A stretch of 64,000 nucleotides of DNA from Patescibacteria group bacterium (GTDB lineage Bacteria; Patescibacteriota; Patescibacteriia; SG8-24; DYFX01): NCBI GenBank assembly GCA_041659045.1, contig JBAZZB010000003.1, forward strand, positions 28,212 through 92,211. The letters are read 5' to 3'. The notes under the pieces were generated by a model that made no database searches, was not told where the DNA came from, and worked only from the letters and a program-made list of their open reading frames with translations. The position numbers and the translations under genes are program-made. Of the stretch, positions 53,974-63,534 are shown in pieces. Every line of letters starts with the position of its first letter. Position 1 is the stretch's first letter.

Positions 53974-55404
53974 CTAGAACTCGAGTTCGACCGTGCGCTG
54001 CAAGTCGCTCCTGACAACCTGGTCGATATCCCCTTCCAGCTGACTGGCGAGCGATGCGAGCGACGCCTCGGATCCGTGACAGAGCACCGCCGTTTCCGGA
54101 CGATAGCCACGGAACCAGTCGGCGATCTTGCCTTGCGAGTCGTGCGCGCCGATGCGGATCTGGAGCACGCGACAGCGGAGTGGGAGCTTTTCGACTCTCG
54201 GCCGCCCTTGCGGATCCGTATCCTCGAACGTCAGCACGGGAATGACCCCCGTCCGACGACGTTCCGCATCCGCTTGGAGGATGCGAGCGCCATCGGTGTC
54301 GGGAGCGAGGTACCCCGTGAAGACAAGGAGCGCATCAGGATTCGGCAGTACATGCCGTCTCCAGAATGACGCCGCGCCGCCGGGTCCGCCCATGCCAGGG
54401 GTTGTCACCACCGCATAGGCATCGTGATCCTGCAGCACGTAGTTTCGCCGATGCACTTCATGATCGATCATGCGCACGCCGTCCAATTGCAACAGCGTGT
54501 CAGATTCCGACCATCGTCCGCGATCGCTCAGGGCGATCTCGGTGAAGTGCCGGCACGCGCCATCGAGGTAGACGGGTGCAATGTCCGGCACGCCGTGACG
54601 ACGAAGTTCGTGAGCAACAGCGCCGCCGCGATGAATGCCGAAGGTGCAGAACAAGACCGGAGCGCCGCTCTTCAGCGTTTGCGCGCAGATCTCGATGCCG
54701 CGATCCATCTCCGCCTGCCAGGTGCGCTGATCCGAATCCGGATCGGCGCCGTACGTGCAGTCGGAGTTGGCGATGACGTGCGGCCACCACTCCGGAGGAA
54801 GCGGCAGAGCACCGCGAACTCCGGGCTGATCGTGCGAACACCGGTCGCCGGAGTAGTGGATGATCCTGCCGCCGACATCGCTCGTGAACGAGCACGCGCC
54901 ACCAATGTGACCTTCGGGATGGACGTAGTCCGTGATTCCGGGAAGAATCTCGAACGGTCCAGGCCGAAAGCGACGACGGATGCGCTGGTTGATCAACGCG
55001 ACGTCACGCTCATCGAAGAGCGGGGTGCGCGAGGACCGCGAGAAGGCCGAAAGGCCATCCTCAAAGACGCGACCGATCATCGCTTCGGACGGACCCGTCA
55101 TCCAAACCTTCGCTTTGGGCGAGAGGTAGGGTGCCAGTGCCGGCAAGAAGCCTGCGTGATCACCATGCACGTGCGTGATGCGGACAGCGTCGATCGGAAT
55201 GTCGTCCTGGAAGAACGACAAGTCCGGGACGTGCCAGGTAGGATCCTGCCCCGTCTCCTGGGCGCGGACAGGGATCAACCCGCAATCAGTGACGACGCGG
55301 TAGATGCGCGAGCCCCAGCGGATGTCCATGACACCGCAGGATGGCTCGATGCCGGTGACGTCCCTTCGGGCGCCAAGGCGAGTAAGCCGGATACGGATAG
55401 ACAT
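53974..55404 (-). CDS. MBL-fold beta-CASP family nuclease
   Basis: DCG, THVHGDH, GHIGGA, SGD, DCTYG, PGMGG, TGY, GAHD, CHG motifs; SD GGAGG; promoter TTGACA-N17-TATTTT (55482-55510). Confidence 0.88.
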   Translation of the reverse strand: MSIRIRLTRLGARRDVTGIEPSCGVMDIRWGSRIYRVVTDCGLIPVRAQETGQDPTWHVPDLSFFQDDIPIDAVRITHVHGDHAGFLPALAPYLSPKAKVWMTGPSEAMIGRVFEDGLSAFSRSSRTPLFDERDVALINQRIRRRFRPGPFEILPGITDYVHPEGHIGGACSFTSDVGGRIIHYSGDRCSHDQPGVRGALPLPPEWWPHVIANSDCTYGADPDSDQRTWQAEMDRGIEICAQTLKSGAPVLFCTFGIHRGGAVAHELRRHGVPDIAPVYLDGACRHFTEIALSDRGRWSESDTLLQLDGVRMIDHEVHRRNYVLQDHDAYAVVTTPGMGGPGGAASFWRRHVLPNPDALLVFTGYLAPDTDGARILQADAERRRTGVIPVLTFEDTDPQGRPRVEKLPLRCRVLQIRIGAHDSQGKIADWFRGYRPETAVLCHGSEASLASLASQLEGDIDQVVRSDLQRTVELEF

Positions 55405-55543
55405 GGGACCTCCGAACAGTGGGCGTGGTTGCTGGGATAGTGACGAAGAACACCTGTCGCGCGACGCGCGCAGGACTTATGAAAATACTTGAAAAACGCG
55501 CCCCTGTCAAGGCGCGTCGTTCGCGAGCGGTGTACCCATGGCG

Positions 55544-56890
55544 CTAGGCCGGACGCTTGGATTCGTCGAAGGCGTGGGCTTCAAAAACCGAGACGAGGAA
55601 TTCCAAAACAGCGCGCGGGTCTTCGGCGTAGACGCGGTTCATCATCATGGCGACGCCGGTGATGCCAAACGCGCGATCAAGCGGGTCGGTTGAGAGCGTG
55701 CCTTTCTTTTCAAAATCGCGCTTGGCGTACGCCAAAAGTTTCCGGAGTTCAGGACGATCAGCGACGCCTAAACGCATGGCCAATGTTGCAGACGCGCACT
55801 CGCCACGGCGTTCAACGAGATAGATTCCATCCTTCATCAGATCGTCCGGTATTTTTCCAGAGGCCATTTCACCACCAAACACAACCTCTGCCTCGGCAAC
55901 GCCTGGGTAGAGTTTTGCGCCGTGCGTGCGCAACAAATAGACGGCACAAGCGGCGTCCGGCATGACTTTCGCCGGCATAAGAAGCGTCTTGATGGCGATC
56001 GGTTCGACTGCGGCCTTGGGAGCAACGGGTACCGCAACCGGTTCTGGTTTTTTTTCTTCAATCACGGGTTTCGGAGCCTCGACGACCGGTTTCGGAGTTT
56101 CGCCAACAACTTTCGGAGCTTCAGGAATCGGGATAGCCATTCCAACAATCGGAGACGGTGTCGGTGCGGGCGCGACCGGTTTCGGTTCTTCAACAACGGG
56201 CTTCGGAGTCTCAACAACCGGTTTCGGCATTTCAACGACAGCTGCCGGCGCTTCAACTTTCAACACCGGTGTTTCAATGATCGGTTTTTTTTCTTCAACA
56301 ACGGGCTTCGGTACCTCGACAACGGGCTTGGGTGCTTCAGCAACAGCCGCTGTCTCTTCAACAAATACGTGCGTCGACGAGTTCCAGAAAAAATGGCGCC
56401 AGCTTTTTCCGTCAAAACCAACAAATGCTAAACGACCCTTCGCTTCGAACGGCTGCTTGAGCGGTCCGCGCTTCGGCTTCTCAAGCGAGAGCGGATCGAC
56501 GCCACCGATGGTGAGATGCAAGTCACGGCAATTTTTCGAGGCGTCATAGAACGACGCGCCGACGACGCGGCCTTTGAGATCGCCTGCTGATCGTGCACCA
56601 CCTGGGGACGGCGAAAAGTAGGCGTAGGTGCCCGGCGTGCTTTCGACGATGCCGTAGCCATCGAAGGCAAGCGTTGCTTCGGCCAACGAGGTTCCTGTTT
56701 CAGATTCCGTTCTGGCAACCAGTTCGTTCACCGCATCGAGTTCGACGGATTCAAAAGACGCTACCAGAAGATGGTATTCGCGTTCTCCGCGTTTTTCGAT
56801 GCCCTGGCTGCGCAGCGTTTTAACTGCCGAATGCGCTTCGATCAGTTCCGGCGCAAGATCGTAGCCGAGCCAGCTTTTGGTGAAGGTCAT
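55544..56890 (-). CDS. hypothetical protein with central PKPVVE repeats
   Basis: Imperfect 7-aa PKPVVEx repeats (21-nt period) between two globular regions. Confidence 0.75.
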   Translation of the reverse strand: MTFTKSWLGYDLAPELIEAHSAVKTLRSQGIEKRGEREYHLLVASFESVELDAVNELVARTESETGTSLAEATLAFDGYGIVESTPGTYAYFSPSPGGARSAGDLKGRVVGASFYDASKNCRDLHLTIGGVDPLSLEKPKRGPLKQPFEAKGRLAFVGFDGKSWRHFFWNSSTHVFVEETAAVAEAPKPVVEVPKPVVEEKKPIIETPVLKVEAPAAVVEMPKPVVETPKPVVEEPKPVAPAPTPSPIVGMAIPIPEAPKVVGETPKPVVEAPKPVIEEKKPEPVAVPVAPKAAVEPIAIKTLLMPAKVMPDAACAVYLLRTHGAKLYPGVAEAEVVFGGEMASGKIPDDLMKDGIYLVERRGECASATLAMRLGVADRPELRKLLAYAKRDFEKKGTLSTDPLDRAFGITGVAMMMNRVYAEDPRAVLEFLVSVFEAHAFDESKRPA

Positions 56891-56938
56891 GCGAAGATCT
56901 TGCCAGAAAAAGCGACTTTTTGCTAGACCCTGAGCGCT

Positions 56939-57799
56939 ATGGATATTGCATACCTCCGTCCGGGCGACGCCGCATGGCCGCCGGATCTTCAACAAGCCTC
57001 TCCCCCTCCCAAACGCCTTTTTGTGCGCGGTTGTTTAGCATCAACGCTGGGTATTGGCATTGTCGGTACGCGACGTATGAGTACCTACGGACGCGCTTGC
57101 GTTGAACTGCTTGCGCCCGAAATCGTTCGGCTTGGTTTACCAATCGTAAGCGGTCTCGCGCTTGGCATCGATGGCGTCGCGCACGAGTCCACGCTCGCCG
57201 CGCAGGGTGTAACCATCGCTGTGATCGGCAGTGGTATCGACGACGCGTCAATCTACCCGCGCGCGCACCTTGGACTCGCCAAGAGAATTATTTCGGGGAA
57301 CGGAGCAGTCATAAGCGAGTACGCCTCGGGCACGCCTTCGATGCCGTATCACTTTCCGATGCGCAATCGACTCATCGCCGCGCTCTCACGCGCCGTGCTC
57401 GTCATTGAAGCTCCGAAAAAATCGGGAGCGATGATCACGGCGCGCTTGGCGCTCGAAATGGGGCGCGACGTCTGGGCCGTGCCGGGAGCGATCACGCACC
57501 CGAATTCCGAAGGTCCGAACAGCCTGATTCGGAGCGGCGCGACCCCAATCACCTGCCCGGATGACATCGCCCATGCGCTCGGTCTTGTGCCAAAGCAGGC
57601 GCTGCTACCAACCCTGGATGACTACTCCCCTGACGAGCGCCCGATCCTCGAACTTCTGGCGGCGGGAACGGATACTGCCGATGCCTTAGCGAGGACGCTG
57701 CACAAGCCTATTCCGACGGTTTCAGCGCTCTTAACAGGTCTCGAACTCCGCGGCGCAGTGCGCACGGTTGGCGGCGGGCGGTATACCTTATATACTTGA
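56939..57799 (+). CDS. dprA: DNA-processing protein DprA
   Basis: IVGTR, VSGLALGID, FPMRNRLI, EAPKKSGAMIT, C-terminal wHTH; dprA-topA order. Confidence 0.96.
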   Translation: MDIAYLRPGDAAWPPDLQQASPPPKRLFVRGCLASTLGIGIVGTRRMSTYGRACVELLAPEIVRLGLPIVSGLALGIDGVAHESTLAAQGVTIAVIGSGIDDASIYPRAHLGLAKRIISGNGAVISEYASGTPSMPYHFPMRNRLIAALSRAVLVIEAPKKSGAMITARLALEMGRDVWAVPGAITHPNSEGPNSLIRSGATPITCPDDIAHALGLVPKQALLPTLDDYSPDERPILELLAAGTDTADALARTLHKPIPTVSALLTGLELRGAVRTVGGGRYTLYT

Positions 57800-57835
57800 C
57801 AATACGACCTTCTGATTGGTACCTTCCGCCCCGAT

Positions 57836-60067
57836 ATGAAACTCATCATCGTCGAGTCACCCACTAAGGCGAAAACGATCTCCAAATTCTTGGGAAAGGG
57901 CTACAAGGTCCTGTCCTCTTTCGGACACGTCCGCGACCTCCCAACCTCGACGATGGGCATCGACATCGAGCACGATTTCACGCCGAAATACGTGATCCCG
58001 AAAAAGGCCACGAAAGTCGTGGCCGAACTCCGCACGGCCGCCAAGCACGCCGACGAAATCTACTTCGCGACTGATGAAGACCGCGAAGGAGAAGCAATTT
58101 CGTGGCACCTGCGCGAACTCCTGAAGGTCAAACCGGACAAGGTCAAGCGCATCACCTTCCACGAAATTACCAAGAGCGCGATCGAGCACGCTCTCAAGAA
58201 TCCGCGTGATTTGGATTTGCGCATGGTCGACGCCCAACAGGCGCGCCGCGTTCTTGACCGCTTGGTCGGTTACGAACTTTCTCCGTTTCTTTGGCGCAAA
58301 GTCGCTCGCGGTTTGTCCGCCGGCCGCGTCCAATCCGTTGCCGTTCGCTTGATCGTTGAGCGCGAGCGCGAAATTCAGGCGTTCAAAGCCGAAGAATACT
58401 GGTCGATCGAAGCCGAGTTCGCCAAGCACGGCGCACCCGAGATTTTTGAAGCCAAGCTTCACAGCAAGGATGAAAAGTCCCTCGATAAGATGGCCATCAC
58501 TTCCGAAAAAGAAGCGAAGGACATCTTGAAGACCTTGGACAAAGCTTCCTACTCCATCGAAGCGATGGAAAAGAAGACGACGCACCGCTCCCCTTCCGCG
58601 CCGTTCACGACCTCGACGCTTCAACAGGATGCCAACAACAAGCTCGGCTACTCCGCCAAGCAGACGATGATGATCGCGCAGCAGCTCTACGAAGGTGTCG
58701 AGCTTGGTGACGAAGGTTCGGTCGGTCTCATCACCTACATGCGTACCGACTCGGTGAACCTCGCGCAAAAGTTCCGAGACGACGCCGCTGACTTCATCAA
58801 AACAAATTTCCCGAAAGCCGTCGCGAGCGAACCGCGCGTCTACAAGACGAAAGCCAAGGGCGCGCAAGAAGCGCACGAAGCCATCCGTCCGACGGAAGCC
58901 TCCCGCACGCCAGAATCGTTGGCCTCGCATCTTGATGACCGCCAACTCAAGCTGTACGAACTCATCTGGCGCCGCGCCGTCGCTTCGCAGATGAAAGACG
59001 CCGAGATCGAGACAACCGCCGCGACGATCGCGACCGGTACGCCGTACCGCTTCCGCGCGACCGGTTCCATCGTGATCGAACCGGGCTTCATGGGCGTCTA
59101 TCAGACGGAAATGAAGGAAAACCTTCTTCCTCCGCTCGAAGAGAAAGATACGCTCGAAAAGAAATCGATCGAGCCCAAACAACACTTCACCGAACCGCCG
59201 GCACGCTTCTCCGAAGCCGCCATCGTCAAGGCGCTTGAAGAGCACGGCATCGGACGTCCGTCGACCTACGCGCCGACGATCTCAACGGTTATCGAACGCG
59301 GCTACGTCGAAAAAGACGAGCGCCGCCTGAAACCGACCGATCTCGCCTTCCTCGTCACTGATCTTCTGATCGAACACTTCGCGCAGATCGTCGATCTCGA
59401 CTTCACCGCCAACATGGAAAACTCCCTCGACGACGTCGCCGAGGGTACGCAGGAGTGGGTCCCGGTCATCCGCGACTTCTACAAACCGTTCCACGAGAAC
59501 CTGGAAGTGAAAGACAAGGAACTCTCCAAAAAGACGATCACCGAAACCGCGACCGACGAGAAGTGCGAGAAATGCGGCAAGCCGATGATCATCAAGTTCG
59601 GACGCTTTGGTAAGTTCTACGCTTGCTCCGGTTACCCGGACTGCAAAACGACGAAGCCGTACGACGAAAAAGACAAAGCCGCCCAAGACGCCGCACAAGA
59701 ACAGGCTGCCGGACACGTCTGCGAAACCTGCGGCGCGCCAATGATGGTCAAGCGCGGACGTTTCGGCACGTTCCTCTCGTGCTCGAAATACCCCGAGTGC
59801 AAATTCACCAAACAGATCCAGAAGAAAACGGGGGCGAAGTGCCCGAAGTGCAAAGAAGGCGACATCATCGAGAAGCGCTCCCGCAAAGGACGCAACTTCT
59901 ACGCCTGCTCGCGCTACCCGGAATGCGATCACGCCATGTGGTCAAAGCCGACCGGCGAGAACTGCCCAACCTGCGGCAACCTCCTCGTCTTCGCCAAGGA
60001 CCACAAGATCACCTGCTCCGACAAAGAGTGCGGCTTCTCCAAAGACGCGCCGCAAAAGGAAGAGTAA
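57836..60067 (+). CDS. topA: type I DNA topoisomerase with C-terminal zinc ribbons
   Basis: IVESPTK, DEDREGE, SAGRVQS, ITYMRTDS, AHEAIRP, GRPSTY, several C4 ribbons. Confidence 0.98.
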   Translation: MKLIIVESPTKAKTISKFLGKGYKVLSSFGHVRDLPTSTMGIDIEHDFTPKYVIPKKATKVVAELRTAAKHADEIYFATDEDREGEAISWHLRELLKVKPDKVKRITFHEITKSAIEHALKNPRDLDLRMVDAQQARRVLDRLVGYELSPFLWRKVARGLSAGRVQSVAVRLIVEREREIQAFKAEEYWSIEAEFAKHGAPEIFEAKLHSKDEKSLDKMAITSEKEAKDILKTLDKASYSIEAMEKKTTHRSPSAPFTTSTLQQDANNKLGYSAKQTMMIAQQLYEGVELGDEGSVGLITYMRTDSVNLAQKFRDDAADFIKTNFPKAVASEPRVYKTKAKGAQEAHEAIRPTEASRTPESLASHLDDRQLKLYELIWRRAVASQMKDAEIETTAATIATGTPYRFRATGSIVIEPGFMGVYQTEMKENLLPPLEEKDTLEKKSIEPKQHFTEPPARFSEAAIVKALEEHGIGRPSTYAPTISTVIERGYVEKDERRLKPTDLAFLVTDLLIEHFAQIVDLDFTANMENSLDDVAEGTQEWVPVIRDFYKPFHENLEVKDKELSKKTITETATDEKCEKCGKPMIIKFGRFGKFYACSGYPDCKTTKPYDEKDKAAQDAAQEQAAGHVCETCGAPMMVKRGRFGTFLSCSKYPECKFTKQIQKKTGAKCPKCKEGDIIEKRSRKGRNFYACSRYPECDHAMWSKPTGENCPTCGNLLVFAKDHKITCSDKECGFSKDAPQKEE

Positions 60068-60076
60068 GTTGCAAAG

Positions 60077-60109
60077 AAAAAACCTCTCAGACGAGAGGCT
60101 TTTTCTTTT
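60077..60109. terminator. bidirectional terminator
   Basis: CCTCTC-AGAC-GAGAGG flanked by A and T tracts. Confidence 0.65.
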
Positions 60110-61034
60110 GATATGCTTCGATGCCGAGTTCTCCCAATCGCACTTCCAATTCCTTCAAACTTTTCCGCAACCAGCGCCCATCACCCTCTTTGTGCGCCAA
60201 GGCTATGGCTTTAAGGCTCGACAGAACGCCGATGACACGCACGCAGATATCTTTGTAGTTTCGCTTGAACTTCATTGCACCGTAACCTCTGGCGAATTGC
60301 CGCGCATACTCTTCGCCGATTGTCGGAATAAGCGTAATGAATTGTAAGATCCTCGGTCCAACCGCAAGATCAGCAAAATCAATGATGCCAGAAAGTTCGC
60401 CTCCTGGAGCGATCAAGATGTTTTCAGAATTCCCGTCGCGCCAAATAACCCCGGTGTCAAAGGACCCGACCCGCTTCAACCGCTTCCGTAGTGCATCCGT
60501 GACACGGACATAGAACTCGCGGGGAAATATGTCGAGAGCCAACCGCTTCGCAAACAGCGTCTTTACGCTCTCGTCAAAAAACGCTTTGAAGCTCCCTATC
60601 CGCGGCGCATGAGGTAGCGCACCAGCATCCATATCGTTCATCTTTCGAACCAACTTGCCGAGCTCAACATACGCACTCGGCTTGATACGACGGGTATTGC
60701 GTTTTCCGATAGGCACGCCTGATACCAACGTCATGATAAGTGTCCTTCCTTTGAAGTAGAGCGGCTTCGGCACGCGTGCTTCTTTCAGCGCAGCGACGGC
60801 TTGAAGATTCGCATACTCATTCCGCCGCTCCGAAAGCGAAGTTTTCTGGTAACCTCGATATTGCTCCGAAATCTTGATAACAACGTCCCGTCCATCCACA
60901 AGCTTCGCATGTCCGACCTCGTACGGCATCCCGAAACTCGATGTGAACACACGAACGACTTCGCCCTTAAACCCAGCTTCCGCGAGGGCCTTCCGAAGAC
61001 GTCGTGCGATTTTTATACTGTCAGGTTTCTGCAT
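60087..61034 (-). CDS. aminoglycoside-phosphotransferase (APH)/kinase-fold protein
   Basis: VVIK, VPKPL, WRDGNSENIL (Brenner-like), GIIDFAD. Confidence 0.8.
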   Translation of the reverse strand: MQKPDSIKIARRLRKALAEAGFKGEVVRVFTSSFGMPYEVGHAKLVDGRDVVIKISEQYRGYQKTSLSERRNEYANLQAVAALKEARVPKPLYFKGRTLIMTLVSGVPIGKRNTRRIKPSAYVELGKLVRKMNDMDAGALPHAPRIGSFKAFFDESVKTLFAKRLALDIFPREFYVRVTDALRKRLKRVGSFDTGVIWRDGNSENILIAPGGELSGIIDFADLAVGPRILQFITLIPTIGEEYARQFARGYGAMKFKRNYKDICVRVIGVLSSLKAIALAHKEGDGRWLRKSLKELEVRLGELGIEAYQKKKPLV

Positions 61035-61121
61035 ATCGGCATTCTAGCATGGCACTTCGACGAGTCCGCAACCACGCCCCCTCTTCCCCCGAAGGGGCAT
61101 TTCGGTTTAGGCTAGAGTTCT

Positions 61122-62576
61122 ATGGGACTTACCAGCCTCTTGGAGGCCGTTAAAGAGTATTCGCCAAAATCCGACCTTGAAACGGTTGAGTTGGCGTACG
61201 ATTTTGCGGCCAAGGCGCACGAGGGACAGAAGCGCGCTTCCGGAGAACCCTACATCAATCACTCGGTCGAAGCGGCGATCACGCTCGCCAAGCTTCGATT
61301 GCCGGAAAATATGATCGTCGCCGGACTTCTGCACGACGTGCCAGAAGATACGAACGTGACGCTCAAAGACATCGAAAAGAATTTTGGCCCGGACGTCGCC
61401 TCGATGGTTTCCGGCATCACCAAACTCGGCAAGATCAAATATCGCGGCATGGAGCGCTACGTCGAGAACCTCCGCAAGATGTTCGTGGCCATGGCCTCCG
61501 ACATCCGTGTCATCCTGATCAAATTTGCCGATCGCCTGCATAACCTTTCAACACTCGATGCGTTGCCTCCGCGTAAGCGCCTGCGCATCGCTCTTGAAAC
61601 ACTCGAAATCTACGCACCGATTGCCAACCGCTTGGGCGTCGGTTTCATCCAAGGCATGCTCGAGGACTACTCCTTCAAATACGTAAACCCGAAAGAGTTC
61701 GTGTGGGTCACGGGGCTCGTCAAAGAGCGCTATCGCGCCAAAGAGCGTTATCTCAAAAAAGTCGGACAGAAAATTGTCGACGAATTGAAGAAGAACAACG
61801 TCGAAGTTCTCGATATCCATGGACGCACCAAGCATCTCTACAGCTTGTTCAAGAAGCTGATGAAGTACGACCGCAACATCGATAAGATCTACGATCTCGT
61901 CGCTTTGCGCGTCATCGTTCCGTCCGTCGCCGATTGTTACGCGACGCTCGGCATCATCCACCACATGTGGAAGCCGCTCAAAGGCCGCATCAAGGACTAC
62001 ATCGCCCAACCGAAACCAAACGGCTACCAATCGCTCCATACCACGATCTTCTGCGACGGCGGCGACATTGTTGAGATCCAGATCCGCACCGAACAGATGC
62101 ACCAGGAGTCGGAATACGGTATTGCCGCCCACTGGCAATACGCCGAGGCCGGCAAGGAATCATCCGAGACCGCCAAAGTCCAAATCGCTTGGGTCAAAGA
62201 CCTGATCAAACTCCAGCAGGAAACCCTGGCCGATTCCAGCAAGCTCATGGAATCATTTGAGAGCCTCAAGATCGACGTCTTTCAAAAGCGCATCTTCGTC
62301 TTCACGCCGAAAGGAGACGTGATTGACCTGCCGGAAGACGCTACCCCCGTCGACTTCGCCTACGCCATTCACTCTGACATCGGCGATCGTTGTACGGCCG
62401 CACGCATCAACAACGAGATTACGACGCTCGATGCCAAACTTACGTCTGGCGACATGTGCGAGATCGTTGTCGATAAAAATCGCAAAGGGCCGAACTCCGA
62501 TTGGCTCAAGTTCGTCAAAACGAATCACGCCAAGGATCGCGTCAAAACCTACGCCAAGAAAAAACGCCTGCATTGA
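61122..62576 (+). CDS. relA: RelA/SpoT (p)ppGpp synthetase/hydrolase (HD-SYNTH-TGS)
   Basis: R.SGEPY..H, LLHDV.ED, KFADRLHN, KDYI..PK.NGYQSLHT, EIQIRT, VFTPKG, DFAYAIH. Confidence 0.94.
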   Translation: MGLTSLLEAVKEYSPKSDLETVELAYDFAAKAHEGQKRASGEPYINHSVEAAITLAKLRLPENMIVAGLLHDVPEDTNVTLKDIEKNFGPDVASMVSGITKLGKIKYRGMERYVENLRKMFVAMASDIRVILIKFADRLHNLSTLDALPPRKRLRIALETLEIYAPIANRLGVGFIQGMLEDYSFKYVNPKEFVWVTGLVKERYRAKERYLKKVGQKIVDELKKNNVEVLDIHGRTKHLYSLFKKLMKYDRNIDKIYDLVALRVIVPSVADCYATLGIIHHMWKPLKGRIKDYIAQPKPNGYQSLHTTIFCDGGDIVEIQIRTEQMHQESEYGIAAHWQYAEAGKESSETAKVQIAWVKDLIKLQQETLADSSKLMESFESLKIDVFQKRIFVFTPKGDVIDLPEDATPVDFAYAIHSDIGDRCTAARINNEITTLDAKLTSGDMCEIVVDKNRKGPNSDWLKFVKTNHAKDRVKTYAKKKRLH

Positions 62577-62590
62577 GCAGGCGTTTTCTT
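62559..62590. terminator. bidirectional terminator
   Basis: AAAACGCCTGC-ATTGA-GCAGGCGTTTT between convergent genes. Confidence 0.7.
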
Positions 62591-63534
62591 TACGATCTCA
62601 AGCGATTGATGAGATCTTTGAACTCTTCGTCAGAATAGAATTCGATGGTGATGCTGCCGTTCGGGCCTTTCTTCTGGACGGCAACTTTGGTGCCGAGGAC
62701 GCGGCGCAGTTCTTCTTCAACCGCGAGCACGTTGGCGTCGCGCAGAGAACTTTTCGGCGCCGACGAACCGCCTTTCCGCTCGCGTGCCTGCGCTTCGGCT
62801 TCGCGCACGTTGAACGCCCCTTCGAGCATGCGGTCGAACATCGCTTTGCGTTCCTTCACCTCGTCCATGCCGCACAAGACGCGCGCCATGCTCATCGAGA
62901 TGCGCCCGTCGGCCAACGCCATTTGCATCTCAGCCGGCAAGTTCAGGAGACGCAGCGTGTTCGCGACGACGGAACGGCTCTTGCCGACGCGCTTCGCAAC
63001 CAGCTCCTGCGTCAGATGAAACTCTTCCATCAACTTGGCGTAGGCATGTGCTTCTTCGATCGGCGAGAGGTCGGCGCGCTGAATGTTTTCAATAAGCGCC
63101 AACTCCAGTTTTTCCTGCTCCGTCGCGGTGCGCACGATCACCGGAACTTTTTTGAGGCCTGCCTCGCGAGCGGAACGCAAACGGCGCTCACCGGCGATCA
63201 GCTCAAACATGCCGTTCGCTTTTTCTGTGACGACAAGCGGCTGCATGATGCCGAACTCCTTCACGGAAGCGATCAGCTCTTCCAATTCTTCTGGATGAAA
63301 TTCGCGCCGAGGCTGGAATGGGTTCGGCACGATATCCGAAACCGACACGTGCAAAATACGGTCGCCAACGGGAACAACCTCGACAGCGTTCTTTGGCAAC
63401 GTGTCCGGAGTCGCAACAGAAACCGGCGCGGCGACAGGCGCGGGAGCTGCGGTTTGGGCGACAACAGGCTTCACGGCTTCAGCCGTGCGATTCGGAATCA
63501 ACGAAGAAAGACCCCTCCCTAATCCTCCCTTCAT
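62590..63534 (-). CDS. parB: chromosome partitioning protein ParB
   Basis: GLGRGL, NPFQPR, IAGERRLR, ENIQR.DL, HTH. Confidence 0.97.
   Translation of the reverse strand: MKGGLGRGLSSLIPNRTAEAVKPVVAQTAAPAPVAAPVSVATPDTLPKNAVEVVPVGDRILHVSVSDIVPNPFQPRREFHPEELEELIASVKEFGIMQPLVVTEKANGMFELIAGERRLRSAREAGLKKVPVIVRTATEQEKLELALIENIQRADLSPIEEAHAYAKLMEEFHLTQELVAKRVGKSRSVVANTLRLLNLPAEMQMALADGRISMSMARVLCGMDEVKERKAMFDRMLEGAFNVREAEAQARERKGGSSAPKSSLRDANVLAVEEELRRVLGTKVAVQKKGPNGSITIEFYSDEEFKDLINRLRS

Noticed and set aside
60087-61034. Antibiotic-resistance gene
   Set aside because: The APH-like fold is shared with many small-molecule kinases, and nothing here shows aminoglycoside specificity.
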